From contig OZ244621.1 in NCBI GenBank assembly GCA_965218425.1, positions 1,984,001 through 2,048,000 of the forward strand: a DNA stretch of 64,000 nt, given 5' to 3'. Shown here one piece after another: positions 1 to 9,336 of the stretch. The translations under genes and the position numbers were made by a program. The first letter of the stretch is position 1, and each line of letters begins with the position of its first letter. The notes beneath the pieces are model-generated. The model did no database searches. It saw only the letters and a list, made by a program, of their open reading frames with translations, and was not told the origin of the DNA. This stretch comes from an uncultured Candidatus Binatia bacterium. Lineage in GTDB: Bacteria > Desulfobacterota > Binatia > UBA9968 > CAXXLF01.

Positions 1-346
1 CTCCCACCATGATGATGTCCACCTTGAATCGGCGGGCCCCGCGTTCAGCAAGGATGCGGTCCACTTGCTTGCCACCGCCTCCGGTAGAAACCACTGTTCG
101 GATTCCAAATTTGTTTTCAAAATGCTTGAAGACCGGTCGGTAATTGCGCGACGCCGCGCCACCCAGCACCACCACAAGCTTGCCTTCTTTCCGCGCGGCT
201 GCCAGAGTTTCGTCCCAGGTGTCGGCTCTCGAGAACCCTTGCATGGCGAGGACCAACGACGCTCCTAAAAGAATAATCCGCAGGCCCATGCCCTTCAGAC
301 TTGTCGTCAGTTGCGCCACTTTTCGTGAGCTATTTATTCCAATCAT
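1..346 (-). CDS. ABC transporter extracellular solute-binding protein (N-terminal part; runs off the window)
   Basis: Manual translation from ATG at 346 (RBS AGGGAG upstream): signal-like segment, then DTWDETLAAARKEGKLVV...FENKFGI...VDRILAE...VDIIM, typical of AfuA/FutA-like binding proteins. Confidence 0.75.
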   Translation of the reverse strand, partial: MIGINSSRKVAQLTTSLKGMGLRIILLGASLVLAMQGFSRADTWDETLAAARKEGKLVVVLGGAASRNYRPVFKHFENKFGIRTVVSTGGGGKQVDRILAERGARRFKVDIIMVG

Positions 347-589
347 CTTGAATACTCCCTTTTTCATGGTGGAGGACTTTGCCAAGGCACCAATACCATC
401 TGGGAATGGGTTGTCAAGAAAGCTCTTTAATATGTGAGAATGCGACTTATCGACCTTTGAATATCTCACTTAGGACGGTAAGTTATTGATGAATTTGGCC
501 CTAGTGATGTATGGGCCTTGTCGTGGCGACAGTCCCGGGGTAAATTGAAAGTTGTCAAGGCCATCTCAATCGTCACCAGGAGGAGACGT

Positions 590-1222
590 ATGGACAACTC
601 GGCACGTTCGAAGAGTCGTAGATTCAGAAGCTTAGTGACCATCTCGGCAATTCTCAGTTTCGGGTTTGCTTCAACCACATTCTCCGTAGGCTACGGGGAG
701 TCCCTCTCAAATTCGCGACCGGATAGCGGGTTAACCAAGCAGGCGACCTTCTCAATGTACTGATACTGGACAGGCGAAGCCACACTGGGCAGGTTGCCCG
801 GTATCAAGAGCACAAAGATCGGACACCTGGACGGTCAAGAGGTCGTAACTGTAGAGTACGATCCGGAGCAAACCAATTTGAAGAATATGTCGGATGCGCT
901 AAAACGAGAGCGGTCCTTCGGTTCGCTCGTGGTAGAGGATGAGGAATCGGGCGTGGATGCCAGAGGTTACCTGAGACGTTCTGAGATTCAAATCAATTCC
1001 GAAAAGCCCCGATTCATAGAATCCAAGCATTCATTGCGCTCCGGGCACCCCGAACTGTATCGGCTCGACCTAAGCGAGGATCAAAAGCGGATTCTCAATA
1101 GCTGGAGTTATTTTGGCGGGCCAATGCCTGATGTATTGACAGATCAACAAAAACGGATGTTGGCCGAACAGGAAGAGGAATCCATGCCATCGCGGTTTCT
1201 GAGATGGCTGCGAGGTCAATGA
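590..1222 (+). CDS. MsrA-like selenoprotein with N-terminal signal peptide (Sec at codon 58, TGA 761-763)
   Basis: ORFs 518-763 and 794-1222 are in the same frame and separated by one TGA. Read-through gives ATFSMY-U-YWTGEATLGRLPGIKSTKIG...EVVTVEYDP, which aligns with Msr[13 protein letters not shown]...[10 protein letters not shown]...[18 protein letters not shown] precedes ATG 590. Confidence 0.8.
784..802 (+). promoter_or_regulatory. Putative bacterial SECIS hairpin
   Basis: ACTGGGCA-GGT-TGCCCGGT stem-loop with a G-initiated apical loop 28 nt after the TGA. Confidence 0.65.
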
Positions 1223-1334
1223 GCCACAGATGCGTCGGTGAGAGCAACCAGGAAACGGGTGTATCCAATCCGCAGGACACCAATGAAACACGAATTGATA
1301 GTGTCCCGTTGCCGTGAGCTATTACGGTAGCGCC

Positions 1335-2354
1335 CTACACATTAGCCGTGAAACCGTAGAAGCGCTGGGCGTTTTCACACATGATTAGACGTTTGTCTCC
1401 CTCTGAAATGTCCTCCCGTCCCATGACGATCTTAACCGTGTTGGGCCAGCTACTGTCCCAGTGCGGATAGTCCGAGGCGTAAAGCAATTTGTCCGCCCCG
1501 ACCCGCTTGACCACGTACGGCAACGTGGACTCTTCTATTTCAAAAGAATAGTAAAACCGGTCGCTGAGCAAATACTCGCTGGGTTTGTGTTTGAGGAGCG
1601 GGGCCTCTCTTTTCCCGCGTAGCTCAAACTCCTCGTCCATGCGATCCATGAGGAAGGGTATCCAACCGCAACCTGACTCCATGGCGGCAATCTTGAGCTT
1701 GGGAAATTGTTCCGGAACACCGGCAAAAATAAGCCCTGTCAAGGCTGCCATGCATTCAAAGGGGAACGACACCGTGTGCACGGATATAAAGGCATCAAAC
1801 CTCCCGTGCATTCGTTCGGAGGCGCGGATTCCACCGTGAATCGCGATGGGAACCCCCAGTTCCTCCACCTGCTCGTAAAAGGGCCAGAACTGCCGCCTTC
1901 CTATATCCTGATCACGGACATTTGTGGGCATCATGATTGCCACATGGCCCAGTTCCTTCACGGCACGCCGAGCCTCTTTGATAGAGGCCTCCACGTCTTG
2001 GAGGGGAACGACGGCCACCCCTTTGAGACGCCTGGAATCCGTTGCGCAAAAAGCGGCAAGCCAATCGTTGTAAGCATGGGCTAAGTCGGTCACAAGGTCT
2101 GTTTCTTTCTCCGAGCTGAGGGAAAGGCGTGAGCTTGGATAGATCACCTGGACGTCGATTCCCTCGGCATCCATATCGGCAAGCTGAACATGGGGATCTT
2201 CATTCTGCTTGCCCAAAGTTCCATCGAGGCTTCGATTCCATGCCTCCGAGGCTTGAAGAGGTCGGTAACGATTTTCCTCCTTCATGTACTTTTTCATGCT
2301 CGCGCTGGATTCGCTCACATGGCCATCGGCATCAATAATCAGCATGTCTTTCAT
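1335..2354 (-). CDS. Amidohydrolase family protein (Amidohydro_2)
   Basis: IDADGH N-terminal metal motif; C-terminal YASDYPHWD. Confidence 0.9.
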   Translation of the reverse strand: MKDMLIIDADGHVSESSASMKKYMKEENRYRPLQASEAWNRSLDGTLGKQNEDPHVQLADMDAEGIDVQVIYPSSRLSLSSEKETDLVTDLAHAYNDWLAAFCATDSRRLKGVAVVPLQDVEASIKEARRAVKELGHVAIMMPTNVRDQDIGRRQFWPFYEQVEELGVPIAIHGGIRASERMHGRFDAFISVHTVSFPFECMAALTGLIFAGVPEQFPKLKIAAMESGCGWIPFLMDRMDEEFELRGKREAPLLKHKPSEYLLSDRFYYSFEIEESTLPYVVKRVGADKLLYASDYPHWDSSWPNTVKIVMGREDISEGDKRLIMCENAQRFYGFTANV

Positions 2355-2530
2355 AAATACCTCCCTGGAGGATTTCGCACGGCACTTGGTGAGCGTTTGT
2401 TATTGGCCGGTTGCCTCCTCCATGTCGGGGAAATAAGTATCCCATGACGCACCACTGTGTCAACTTGACTTGAAACAGAGGTAGGCTTCCACACGAAGGA
2501 TGGACGGAAAGGCGTGCGATGGCGGACCGC

Positions 2531-3283
2531 CTAGCTATCGGCGATCAATGAGCGGAGCTGGGTGCAAAATTCCCCTATGGGACCTTGGTACTGAAAGTCC
2601 GCTATCTCATCCAGGGGTGTGGGCTCCCGATTGATAATGGCGAGGAATGCGCCGTTGCGTTTTGCCAGGACCGGGAACGATGCGGCCGGTTGGACCTGCA
2701 AAGAGGAACCGAACACGACAAAGAGATTGGCTCCCTCGGTCAGGAGTTGGGCTCGTCTCATGGGCTGCACCGGCATTGCCTGGCCAAAGGAAACTGTGGC
2801 TGACTTGAGCAGCCCGCCGCATTCGTCGCACCTGGGGGATTTGAAGCCTCCCACCAGGTTTTTCATTACTTCCTCCGGGTCGAAGGTCTTTTCGCAACTC
2901 AGACAGACGACCTTTCGATCCGTGCCGTGCAGCTCCACGATTTTTTCATCGGGAAGCCCCGCCAGACTGTGCAGGCCATCGATGTTTTGCGTGATGAGAC
3001 CGAGAAGCTTTCCTCTCTCCTCTAGAGAGGAGATGAAATAGTAACCCAGGTTCGGACGGACGTTCTTATAGAGTTGATGGATCTCGCGCTTCATGGACCA
3101 GGCGCGAACCCGAGCTTCTTCGCTGTTTATAAAATCAGAGAAGTATACGGGAGCGTACTTTGTCCAAATGCCTCCCGGACTTCGAAAGTCCGGGACACCT
3201 GATTCCGTACTGATCCCTGCGCCAGTGAAGCATACAATATTGCCCGTCTGCTTAATTTTTTGGGCAAGGTCCTTTAGCGTCAC
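2531..3283 (-). CDS. cobB: NAD-dependent protein deacylase (Sir2 family)
   Basis: TGAGISTESGVPDFRS, TQNIDGLH, ELHG, CxxC...CxxC zinc site, GSSLQV. Confidence 0.92.
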   Translation of the reverse strand: MTLKDLAQKIKQTGNIVCFTGAGISTESGVPDFRSPGGIWTKYAPVYFSDFINSEEARVRAWSMKREIHQLYKNVRPNLGYYFISSLEERGKLLGLITQNIDGLHSLAGLPDEKIVELHGTDRKVVCLSCEKTFDPEEVMKNLVGGFKSPRCDECGGLLKSATVSFGQAMPVQPMRRAQLLTEGANLFVVFGSSLQVQPAASFPVLAKRNGAFLAIINREPTPLDEIADFQYQGPIGEFCTQLRSLIADS

Positions 3284-3362
3284 GGCCAGGGATCAGCGGT
3301 TACGAGTTCACCGAGTCGAAAGCAACTTCTGCACTGCGCAGGAGTTTTGAGAGAGTGCAGGC

Positions 3363-3677
3363 CTATTTCAGATGCTGACTAACGAGCTTCGTCATTTCGA
3401 ACATGCTGACCTGTTTCTTCCCACGGAAGACAGGTTTCAGCTTGACGTCGGCGTTGATCATGGTCCTCTTCTTCTTGTCCTGGAGTCCACGACGTTTGAT
3501 GTAGGACCAGATCTTCTTGGTGACCTCGGTGCGCGGCATCGCCTTGTCACCGATCACCTCGGCCAGCATTGCATCCGGCTTCACGGGTTTCATGAACGCC
3601 GCATTCGGTTTGCGTTTCTTCTTGGCCTTTGCCTTCTTTTTCACTGCCTTTTTCACTTTACGTTTTTTCGCTGCCAT
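3363..3677 (-). CDS. SWIB/MDM2 domain protein with Lys-rich N-terminal tail
   Basis: NAAFMKP...RTEVTKKIWSYIK..LQD..KR..INAD..L..VF...QVSMFEMTK. Confidence 0.9.
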   Translation of the reverse strand: MAAKKRKVKKAVKKKAKAKKKRKPNAAFMKPVKPDAMLAEVIGDKAMPRTEVTKKIWSYIKRRGLQDKKKRTMINADVKLKPVFRGKKQVSMFEMTKLVSQHLK

Positions 3678-3884
3678 TCGCCCTCCTAAAAAAAGGAATT
3701 TAATGAGTGTATTTTACATCAAATGATAGGCGTTTGGCCAGCTTTTTTTTAGCTTTTTGGCCAGGCGAGACGCACCCGCCCGACTCGGCTGGAGAGGGGT
3801 TTTCCAGCCATCCAGGCTTGCATTCGCAGGAGAAGGAATTATAAGCTCGCTTATCGGATGGAGTGAATTTCAGGAGGGGGGCAC

Positions 3885-4568
3885 ATGAAGAAAAAAATAT
3901 TTCAGTGGCAGGGAAAAGAGTTCATCGCCCTCTCCTGTGAGGGAAAACGGAGGGAAACTGCGGCGGAAGAAGCTCGTGAAATCTTTGGTCACCTCGATGA
4001 AGAGCTGCAGAGCCAGGGGCTTTCTCTAGACCACACGGTTCGCACGAGGCTATGGGCCGGGGATAGAGAGAGCCGAGGCCTGGCAAGCAATGAAAGATTC
4101 AAGTTGCTCTCGGGAAAGGCAAGATCGGCGAGTTCCAGTTACATTGCGCCCGGCCATTTTGACTCGAATGCACGGGTAGCCATGGATCTGCTTGCCATGA
4201 GGCCCGAACAGCCGAAGAGTGAAAAAGTCCTGGTGGAGTACGACCCGCCCATCGTGCCTCTGCGCTACCTCACCTATGAATCCATGGTCTTCCTCTCGGG
4301 AGTAACCGTTGTTCTGCCCGAACTCGGCAATCAGCTAAAGGATATTTTCCCTCGTATTACGGGTTCTCTGACCGATGCCGGGGCTTCGTGGAATCAGGTG
4401 GTCAAGGTCTCTTCGTTCGTCCATCGCTCCCAGAGTCTGGAAACTTACAGGGAATTATTTGCTAAAGAGGCAAAGACGGAGATTCCCTTAACCGGGTACT
4501 CCTTTGTGGATGGTTACTCTTCAGAGGGGAAATTGGTGGAGGTGGAAGTTACGGCTCAACTGACTTAA
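3885..4568 (+). CDS. RidA/YjgF-like protein, probably two tandem domains
   Basis: C-terminal VFLSG...LTDAGASWNQVVKVSSF...LVEVEVTA; similar N-terminal half; AGGAGG RBS. Confidence 0.65.
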   Translation: MKKKIFQWQGKEFIALSCEGKRRETAAEEAREIFGHLDEELQSQGLSLDHTVRTRLWAGDRESRGLASNERFKLLSGKARSASSSYIAPGHFDSNARVAMDLLAMRPEQPKSEKVLVEYDPPIVPLRYLTYESMVFLSGVTVVLPELGNQLKDIFPRITGSLTDAGASWNQVVKVSSFVHRSQSLETYRELFAKEAKTEIPLTGYSFVDGYSSEGKLVEVEVTAQLT

Positions 4569-4607
4569 GCCGGAAAGGAAGGGTTCTTAGGAAGGAGGCC
4601 TAGCCCC

Positions 4608-5876
4608 ATGTCACAATCCGAATACGAATTGCTCACTCAAACCGATGCAGGCACACCATGCGGGAACCTTATGCGACGCTACTGGCAGCCTGCGGCCCTC
4701 TCGAGGGAGCTACCCCCGGGCGGAGCCCCGTTACCTGTGCGGTTGCTGGGAGAGGACTTGGCGCTGTTTTGCGACGATGAGGGACAACCGGGCTTACTGG
4801 GCCTTCACTGTGCGCATCGTGGGGCCGACCTGAGTTACGGTCGGGTGGAGGACGGCGGATTGAGGTGCATCTATCACGGATGGCTCTATGACATCAAAGG
4901 TCGTTGCCTGGATCAACCGGGAGAGCCAGGCGGAGGAGAACACCGGGATTCCATCCATCAAACGGCCTATCCCTGCCGGGAGCCCGCAGGAGTAATCTTC
5001 GCATACTTGGGTCCAGGAGAGCCGCCCTGCCTACCCGCATACGAGTTCCTACAGGTGCCCGACGATCATCGGCTGGTTATAAAGATTTTCCAAGGGTGCA
5101 ACTATTTGCAGGGCAGTGAGGGAAACATCGACCCGGTGCACACTTCGTTCCTGCACCGTATCGCTCAAGACGGCGATGAGGATCAGTACGTGGGAGTCCG
5201 CGGAAGCGACGCCTCATTCCTGACGTTATGGGGAAGGGATGTGGCTCCGCAAGTAGAAGTGGATGTTGCAGATTTCGGACTACGGATTTTTACCGTGAGG
5301 GACGCCGGAGCTGACAAACATTACCTCCGGGTGACTAATTTTGTTTACCCCACTTTGACCGCCTTTCCCGCGCAGACGGGGGCCGAGGGGTATAATGTCA
5401 ATTGGCATGCTCCGATCGACAACACTCACCATTGGAAGTACGTCTTTGTTTTTAGCAGAGAAAGGCCACTGAGAAAAGAAATTATCAGCAGGGGCCGCGC
5501 CGAGCATCGCAACGAGTCCAACCGATACCTGCAAGACAGAGAATCCATGAAAACAAAATTTTACAGCGGTATGGGGAGGGACATTCCTGGTCAGGATACC
5601 TGTATGGTCGAAGGTCAGGGTCCCATCCAAAACCGTGAGCGGGAGCACCTTGTTTCCTCTGACAAGCCCATCGTCGCTGCCCGCAAACTCTTGCTGAAGG
5701 CCGTCCAGGAGGTACAGGAGAGACGGGAAGCCCCCCATGTGGTGCGAGAACCGAAGCTGAACCGGTTTCCCCAACTGGTGGTTGTATCGGACGTCATCCC
5801 CAGCGGGACGGATTGGAAGGACTACACAAAAAAGATCGCAGCCGATCTGCAGAGACGATCCGCCGCCGTTAGCTGA
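4608..5876 (+). CDS. Rieske non-heme iron oxygenase alpha subunit (phthalate 4,5-dioxygenase-like)
   Basis: CAHR...CIYHGW Rieske motif; EGNIDPVHTSFLH Fe ligands; ELLTQT..GTPCG.LMRRYWQP N-terminus. Confidence 0.9.
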   Translation: MSQSEYELLTQTDAGTPCGNLMRRYWQPAALSRELPPGGAPLPVRLLGEDLALFCDDEGQPGLLGLHCAHRGADLSYGRVEDGGLRCIYHGWLYDIKGRCLDQPGEPGGGEHRDSIHQTAYPCREPAGVIFAYLGPGEPPCLPAYEFLQVPDDHRLVIKIFQGCNYLQGSEGNIDPVHTSFLHRIAQDGDEDQYVGVRGSDASFLTLWGRDVAPQVEVDVADFGLRIFTVRDAGADKHYLRVTNFVYPTLTAFPAQTGAEGYNVNWHAPIDNTHHWKYVFVFSRERPLRKEIISRGRAEHRNESNRYLQDRESMKTKFYSGMGRDIPGQDTCMVEGQGPIQNREREHLVSSDKPIVAARKLLLKAVQEVQERREAPHVVREPKLNRFPQLVVVSDVIPSGTDWKDYTKKIAADLQRRSAAVS

Positions 5877-5887
5877 ACGAATGAATT

Positions 5888-6063
5888 ATTAACCGCAGAC
5901 CCACGCAGACCAGCGCGGACAAGAATTCGGAGATTTCACCGCACAGAGGTGGGGTTCGCGGAGAATTTCCTTTCCTGTCTGTCGGGAGACGACGACAAAC
6001 AGAACCATGGCTCTCTATAAAGACTGAGTCTTTCGCCCGATTGTCATTTCCCGATTGGGCGAA
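5888..6063. repeat. Dispersed palindromic repeat, copy 1 (twin-hairpin element)
   Basis: Hairpin with loop GGAGACGA (5985-5992) followed by hairpin with loop TCATTTCC (6044-6051); homologous to 36099-36411 and 46421-46512. Confidence 0.8.
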
Positions 6064-6233
6064 CATTCTTTCCTCAACCTCTCTGTCATGAATAAATGAT
6101 ATTGTCTTGTGTACTCCCTGCCTCTTCTGGGTCAGTTGTCCGTCGTCCTGTCGTCCGTGGTCCGACCTGCTCAGTACTAAGTTGCGCTTAGCGCTTTGCC
6201 GCCCACCGCCGACCGCTTGCTGCCAGCTAGTCG

Positions 6234-6653
6234 CTATTCTCCGATGATCTTCACCAGCACCCGTTTGCGGCGACGCCCGTCGAACTCGCCGTAAAAGATC
6301 TGTTCCCAGGGGCCGAAGTCCAGTTTCCCATCGGTGACGGCCACCACCACTTCACGCCCCATGACCTGCCGTTTCATATGAGCGTCGGCGTTGTCCTCGC
6401 CGGTATCGTTATGCCGATACTGGCGGATGGGTTCATGGGGGGCCAGTTTTTCCAGCCACTGGGCGTAGTCTTGGTGCAAACCTGATTCATTGTCGTTGAT
6501 GAATACCGAAGCGGTTATGTGCATCGCGTTTACCAGCAGCAACCCTTCCCGCACCCCACTCTCCGCGAGGCACCCTTCAATCTGGAGTGTAATATTCACG
6601 AAGGCAACCCGAGCGGGCGTCTTGAACCAGAGTTCCTTGCGGTAGTTTTTCAC
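6234..6653 (-). CDS. yjbQ: YjbQ/UPF0047 family (secondary thiamine-phosphate synthase-like)
   Basis: [35 protein letters not shown]; probable GTG start at 6653. Confidence 0.88.
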   Translation of the reverse strand: MKNYRKELWFKTPARVAFVNITLQIEGCLAESGVREGLLLVNAMHITASVFINDNESGLHQDYAQWLEKLAPHEPIRQYRHNDTGEDNADAHMKRQVMGREVVVAVTDGKLDFGPWEQIFYGEFDGRRRKRVLVKIIGE

Positions 6654-6721
6654 GGCTATATTCTCAAGAGATCCTGTTACCTCGAGAAAAACCGGGGCCC
6701 ATCCTCGCATGAGGGCCGCTG

Positions 6722-7351
6722 CTAGCCGTGGCTCTCCCCCCAGAGTTCCTTGAGACGCCGGTCGCGGCCGCAGGAATAACGGTAAATGGCGTACCGGATA
6801 GGATTTTTCTCGTAATAGTCTTGGTGATAATCCTCGGCGGGGTAAAACTCCGTTACGGCGGTAATCTCGGTCACAATGGGCTGGGAAAATCGACCGGACT
6901 CCTCAAGCGCGTTCTTGGACTCTTCGGCCAGCCGTTTCTGTTTCTCGTTGTGATAAAAAATCCCGGTACGGTACTGGCTTCCCGAGTCGCAAAACTGCCT
7001 GTTGGGTGTGAGGGGATCGACGTTGCGCCAGAAAACCTTTAGCAAATCCTGATAGCTAAGTTCTTTCGGATCGTAGATGATTTCCACCGCCTCCGTATGA
7101 CCCGTGCCTCCAGAGGAGACTTGTCGATAGGTGGGGTTTTTTAGCTGACCACCCGTGTATCCCGAGGTGGTGGATTTGACACCCTTCAGCTCGTCGAAGG
7201 GGTGCTCCATGCACCAAAAGCAACCGCCGGCAAAGGTCGCTTTGGCCAATCCCTCAGTACTGGACGTCTGTTTGGACTCGCTTTTCGCCGGTCCGGTCAT
7301 CCCGAAGATGAGCAGTGCATTTATGAGGATCAGTCCATATAAAGTAGGCAT
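6722..7351 (-). CDS. msrA: Peptide-methionine (S)-S-oxide reductase MsrA with signal peptide
   Basis: [35 protein letters not shown]. Confidence 0.95.
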   Translation of the reverse strand: MPTLYGLILINALLIFGMTGPAKSESKQTSSTEGLAKATFAGGCFWCMEHPFDELKGVKSTTSGYTGGQLKNPTYRQVSSGGTGHTEAVEIIYDPKELSYQDLLKVFWRNVDPLTPNRQFCDSGSQYRTGIFYHNEKQKRLAEESKNALEESGRFSQPIVTEITAVTEFYPAEDYHQDYYEKNPIRYAIYRYSCGRDRRLKELWGESHG

Positions 7352-7369
7352 TCTTATTCACCCTCCTAT

Positions 7370-8158
7370 CTATGGGGTACCACGGCGATGGCCGCCGTCC
7401 ATGTAAATGGAACTGCCAAACATGTAGGAATTTGCCTCGGAGCATAGGAAACAGGCTGCCCGACCTATTTCTTCGGGCTCTGCTATCCGGCCGGCGGGGA
7501 GTGTCCTTCCCAGCTCCCTCAACACCTCTTCCACATCCTTCCCTTCTTCGTCAGCGCGCCGTTGCATCAGGTTGCGCGCACGCTGGGTGTTCGCGAAGCC
7601 CGGACAAATAGCATTAACCAGGATCCCATTTTCTGAAACGGCGTCCGAGAAGGCACGAATCGCGTTCAGTACCGTAACGTTGGCGAAGCTAGTGGGCAGA
7701 TTCCCCCTCCCCGGACTGGCACCGGCCCGTCCGGCAATGTTGACAATGCGCCCCCAGCCGTTTTTCATCATATGGGGGATCACAAGCTGTGTCATGCGCA
7801 GATATCCGTAGGTCTTGAGGTTCAACGCGGCTTTGAGAAGTTCCACGTCCATATCGAGGACGTCGCCTGCCCCCGCGGCACCCGCGCTGTTGATCAGAAT
7901 ATCGAGCCCCCCAAAGGTTTCCACCGCGGTATCCACCACTTTTCGGCACTCGTCGAGGGAGACGAGATCAGCGGACACAAATATTCCTTCTCCCCCTGCA
8001 AGGTTCAGCTCATCCAAAACGGATCGGAGCAGCCGTTCATCCCTAGCGGTGATACAAACCCTCACGCCTTCACGCGCAAGTTCTATCGCGCACGCACGTC
8101 CGATACCACGATTTGCGCCGGTGACAACGGCTCGCTTTCCTTTCAATCCAAGATCCAT
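7370..8158 (-). CDS. SDR family oxidoreductase
   Basis: TGANRGIG Rossmann motif, LINSAG, GRIVNI, VNAICPG. Confidence 0.9.
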   Translation of the reverse strand: MDLGLKGKRAVVTGANRGIGRACAIELAREGVRVCITARDERLLRSVLDELNLAGGEGIFVSADLVSLDECRKVVDTAVETFGGLDILINSAGAAGAGDVLDMDVELLKAALNLKTYGYLRMTQLVIPHMMKNGWGRIVNIAGRAGASPGRGNLPTSFANVTVLNAIRAFSDAVSENGILVNAICPGFANTQRARNLMQRRADEEGKDVEEVLRELGRTLPAGRIAEPEEIGRAACFLCSEANSYMFGSSIYMDGGHRRGTP

Positions 8159-8209
8159 GGAATCTATTCAATCGGTTAAGATAAAGACGAATTCTTTGGC
8201 CCCCGCCGG

Positions 8210-9091
8210 TCACATAAGCACATCTCCAGAGGCCGCACACCGCAAGCCAAAGTAGGCATGACCTGACTCTGCACGCCATGGGGTGACAATTTCACGGGCA
8301 GTGGCCGTGAGTCCCTCCAAATCGCTGGATGTGTTTCCTCCGCGTGCGACACGGGATCCTCCAGAGTTCAACTCCTCCCGACCGTCCTTAGGATTGTAGG
8401 GATACGGCTCATGAACCGAGCGAGTCCACTCCCAAAGCTGGCCAGACATGTCAAGGACACCATAGGGGCTCGCACCGGCGGGAAACTGGCCCACGGGAAC
8501 TGTTTCCCCACGGAATCCACCCACGTAGGCAAGGTCTGGTCCGGGTGGCTCATTGCCCCAGGGAAAAAGGCGCCGGTCTTTTCCCCGTGCAGCCTTCTCC
8601 CATTCCGCCTCACTGGGGAGACGCTTCCCCAGCCGCTGACAGTAGGCAACGGCACCGTACCAGCTCAGCTCCGCGGCCGGATAGTTTTCGTATCCTTTAA
8701 TTGGAACCCAACCTTCACTTTGCTGAAAAATGAGAGCATCGGGGTCTTCCACATCCAGATACATTTCGCCTTGGGGGCCACTGGGGCCTTTTTCCTGAAT
8801 GAATTTAGCGTACTCCCCCACAGTCACCAGGTTCTTGTCGATATAGAAATTAGCCAAGAAAACCTCATGGGCAGGCGCCTCGTCGGGGGGACCATTGTCC
8901 CTGCCCATGGTAAACGGACCCGCCGGGATAAGGATCATGCCGACAAACTTGCCTTTCCCCTCTAACGATACGGCCTTGACCCCGGGAGCAAGGGCGAAAA
9001 TCCCGATCCACACGCCCACAACGAGCGCTTGTGCAAGACGTGCGTACGAAACTTCCCCCCGTGGCCGAGGGAGCTTGGCTTGGAAAAGCAT
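8210..9091 (-). CDS. Formylglycine-generating enzyme (SUMF1/EgtB/PvdO) family protein
   Basis: GPFTMG, RLPSEAEWEKAARG, DMSGQLWEW, RGG, GLRC; start uncertain (ORF is open to 9259). Confidence 0.85.
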   Translation of the reverse strand: MLFQAKLPRPRGEVSYARLAQALVVGVWIGIFALAPGVKAVSLEGKGKFVGMILIPAGPFTMGRDNGPPDEAPAHEVFLANFYIDKNLVTVGEYAKFIQEKGPSGPQGEMYLDVEDPDALIFQQSEGWVPIKGYENYPAAELSWYGAVAYCQRLGKRLPSEAEWEKAARGKDRRLFPWGNEPPGPDLAYVGGFRGETVPVGQFPAGASPYGVLDMSGQLWEWTRSVHEPYPYNPKDGREELNSGGSRVARGGNTSSDLEGLTATAREIVTPWRAESGHAYFGLRCAASGDVLM

Positions 9092-9265
9092 AAACCTGTT
9101 TTGTCCTATCAGGGGGCAAAGGTCAAGATACCCTCCCCGTGAAATAACCTTCCATGCGAAGACATCAGGCCCGCCTATAATAGCTATTTCACGGGGTTCA
9201 AAGCCGCCTTTTACCGCGCCCCTGTCCCCGACTCTATTTTGTTCCAAATAAACGTCCAAAGAAGA

Positions 9266-9293
9266 TTGACAATGACGGTTTAGGTAATATAGT
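9266..9293 (+). promoter_or_regulatory. Putative sigma70 promoter
   Basis: TTGACA-16 nt-TATAGT upstream of the gene at 9337. Confidence 0.45.
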
Positions 9294-9336
9294 TATCCCT
9301 ACCGATCGCTATGAGTTCATATTATAAGGAGGAGCT

